DNA of 64,000 nt, taken from positions 138-64,137 of the forward strand of contig JACPYG010000004.1 in NCBI GenBank assembly GCA_016196125.1. Direction: 5' to 3'. Positions 62,644 through 64,000 of the stretch are shown here, piece after piece (position 1 is the stretch's first letter; each line of letters opens with the position of its first letter). Under the pieces are notes generated by a model. That model ran no database searches. It was not told the DNA's origin and saw nothing but the letters and a program-made list of their open reading frames with translations. A program made the translations under genes and the position numbers. The stretch comes from Candidatus Staskawiczbacteria bacterium. GTDB taxonomy: Bacteria > Patescibacteriota > Minisyncoccia > Minisyncoccales > Staskawiczbacteraceae.

Positions 62644-63777
62644 TTATGCCTCTTTTTCGCTCCACATTTTTAATTTATGCATACGTTTTACCAAGTGAGG
62701 GTGGGTTGAAAATACTTCTGATAGCCATGCAAAAAATCCTTTTTCTTCTTTTCCCTGCTTAATAAAAATATCCACATTTGCCATATTCCCCCACATCTTG
62801 CCTCCAGCAAGTTTTATTAAAGCCTTTTGGCCAACTTTTAATTCGGGCACTAATGCCAGCATAACTCTATCGGCCGAATATTCTCGGGCTCGAGATAGCG
62901 CTTTTCCTAAAAAAGGCGCGAATTGAGCCGGTAAAATTAATAAATTAATCCATCTTGTATGGCCCAATACATGATGTCCGATTTCGTGAGCCATTACTGC
63001 TTCTACCTGCTTAGTATCGCCAGATTCCATTAATGCTTCTGCCAAATCAGAATATATTACAATTACCCTTTTAAATATTAGTTTCGTGGCAAACGCGTTT
63101 AATATGCCATTTCCATTAATCACATATATATTGGGCGGAGTTCTCATGCCAATACTTTTTGAAAGCTTATTGGCCGCTTCCCACAAATTAGTAAATTGAT
63201 TATGCCCGATTTTAATTCCATTCATTCTGATATGCCCAAGCGATAAAAAGTGCGAAAAAAGAATAAATAATATTATCGCCAAAATGTATATTACAAAACC
63301 CAATGATGTCAAAATATTTAAAGCGATATTGTATGCCCGCCTTTCCGAAGGCATAAAACCTTCTTTTTCGTTCTCATTCAAATCCTCCCATCTAAGACAT
63401 GTTTCACCCTCTAAAAGTAATTCCGGGTTTAAAGCAATTACTCCATTTACTTCTTCATATCTGTAAAAACAAACTGGCTCAGAAAAACTTGCTTTTTCAG
63501 ATATAGTCAACTCATTCCAACCAAAACAACTTTGGCTTAAAAATCCATCAAATTCCTGCAATTTTGACCTATCTACCGCAAATACGCTGTTTAATTGATA
63601 GTCCGCTACAAAACAACTGGACATCAGATTTGGTTTTAAACTGTTATTGACTGTATAAACAATAAAAAACGCCAATCCGATAAAAATTAACCCGGAGGCC
63701 AAAATAGAAAGCATTAAATATACTTTTTCTTTTTTGGTTCTAAATTCCCCTGCTTTTATTGATTGTGTATCTTCCAT
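62644..63777 (-). CDS. M48-family (HtpX/Ste24-like) zinc metallopeptidase, membrane-bound
   Basis: VMAHEIGHHVLGHT, a downstream E in SRAREYSADR, and TM helices. Confidence 0.8.
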   Translation of the reverse strand: MEDTQSIKAGEFRTKKEKVYLMLSILASGLIFIGLAFFIVYTVNNSLKPNLMSSCFVADYQLNSVFAVDRSKLQEFDGFLSQSCFGWNELTISEKASFSEPVCFYRYEEVNGVIALNPELLLEGETCLRWEDLNENEKEGFMPSERRAYNIALNILTSLGFVIYILAIILFILFSHFLSLGHIRMNGIKIGHNQFTNLWEAANKLSKSIGMRTPPNIYVINGNGILNAFATKLIFKRVIVIYSDLAEALMESGDTKQVEAVMAHEIGHHVLGHTRWINLLILPAQFAPFLGKALSRAREYSADRVMLALVPELKVGQKALIKLAGGKMWGNMANVDIFIKQGKEEKGFFAWLSEVFSTHPHLVKRMHKLKMWSEKEA

Positions 63778-63896
63778 ATTTTAATAATTGATTGTTCATT
63801 GTACCACTTTCTGCAATTTGTTGAAAGTTTAGGAACAAAAAAGCGGTGTTACAGCCGATTATTAATTGTTTTTAATTATTATCTTTTGAATTCTGA

Positions 63897-64000
63897 CTAG
63901 AACATATATCCTACTGTTATACGAATTGAAGCCAATATTCCTAATCCTATTAAAAATATAGTAAGCGGAATCAATAATATATTCCAATAACCGAAACTTG
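63897..64000 (-). CDS. 3' end of a membrane-protein gene running off the window
   Basis: My translation ...FGYWNILLIPLTIFLIGLGILASIRITVGYMF-stop (TAG at 63897-63899). Confidence 0.4.
   Translation of the reverse strand, partial: SFGYWNILLIPLTIFLIGLGILASIRITVGYMF

Noticed and set aside
61218-63862. Integron-like gene cassettes with attC sites, suggested by the repeated intergenic unit after single genes.
   Set aside because: I could not find RYYYAAC/GTTRRRY core sites or the extrahelical-base architecture. The hairpins are followed by U runs and read as ordinary terminators. No intI is present.

Overview
AT-rich bacterial window, roughly one third GC by eye, with dense and mostly minus-strand genes. 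It has a reduced-genome look, so I infer a Patescibacteria/CPR-like origin; I cannot verify this without a search.

Core genes, about 3-41 kb:
- rnhB, dnaE, thrS, miaA, gatB.
- A dTMP/dTTP cluster: deoxyribosyltransferase-like gene, folA, thyA, tmk, a YmaB-like Nudix-fold gene and a dCMP deaminase.
- secE-nusG-rplK, a DEAD-box helicase, ybaB, a type II R-M pair and gyrB.
- A single-chain, mitochondrial-type PheRS.
- A HAD hydrolase and a PGI/PMI isomerase.
- A complete type IV pilus operon (pilB, pilC, four pilin-like genes, pilM, pilN, pilO) followed by two CheY-type receivers.
- tRNA-Trp.

Left edge: two tandem paralogous secreted cysteine-rich repeat proteins that contain perfect 87/93-bp DNA repeats.

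Right third (41-64 kb), accessory and mosaic:
- A T-box leader, probably Trp-specific, in front of a GCS2-like ligase and an AstE/AspA-like gene.
- A GC-rich trpS broken by one in-frame TGA.
- A RelE-type TA pair and a 2.2-kb island, both bracketed by copies of the 3' end of a histidine-kinase gene (att-like).
- A ThiF / nitroreductase / kinase / Zn-ribbon operon.
- An orphan RHS-tip toxin with a putative immunity gene.
- Three GC-rich GRDP-like (DUF1399-like) paralogs or fragments.
- A truncated tyrS, IS fragments and decayed local duplicates.

Short-repeat classes, which stood out most:
- Two inverted-repeat families positioned over translation starts.
- Small genes (four-helix-bundle, GIY-YIG) flanked by inverted repeats.
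- A MITE-like element.
- GC-rich patches inserted in frame in housekeeping genes.

All calls rest on my own reading and motif recognition. No searches were run.
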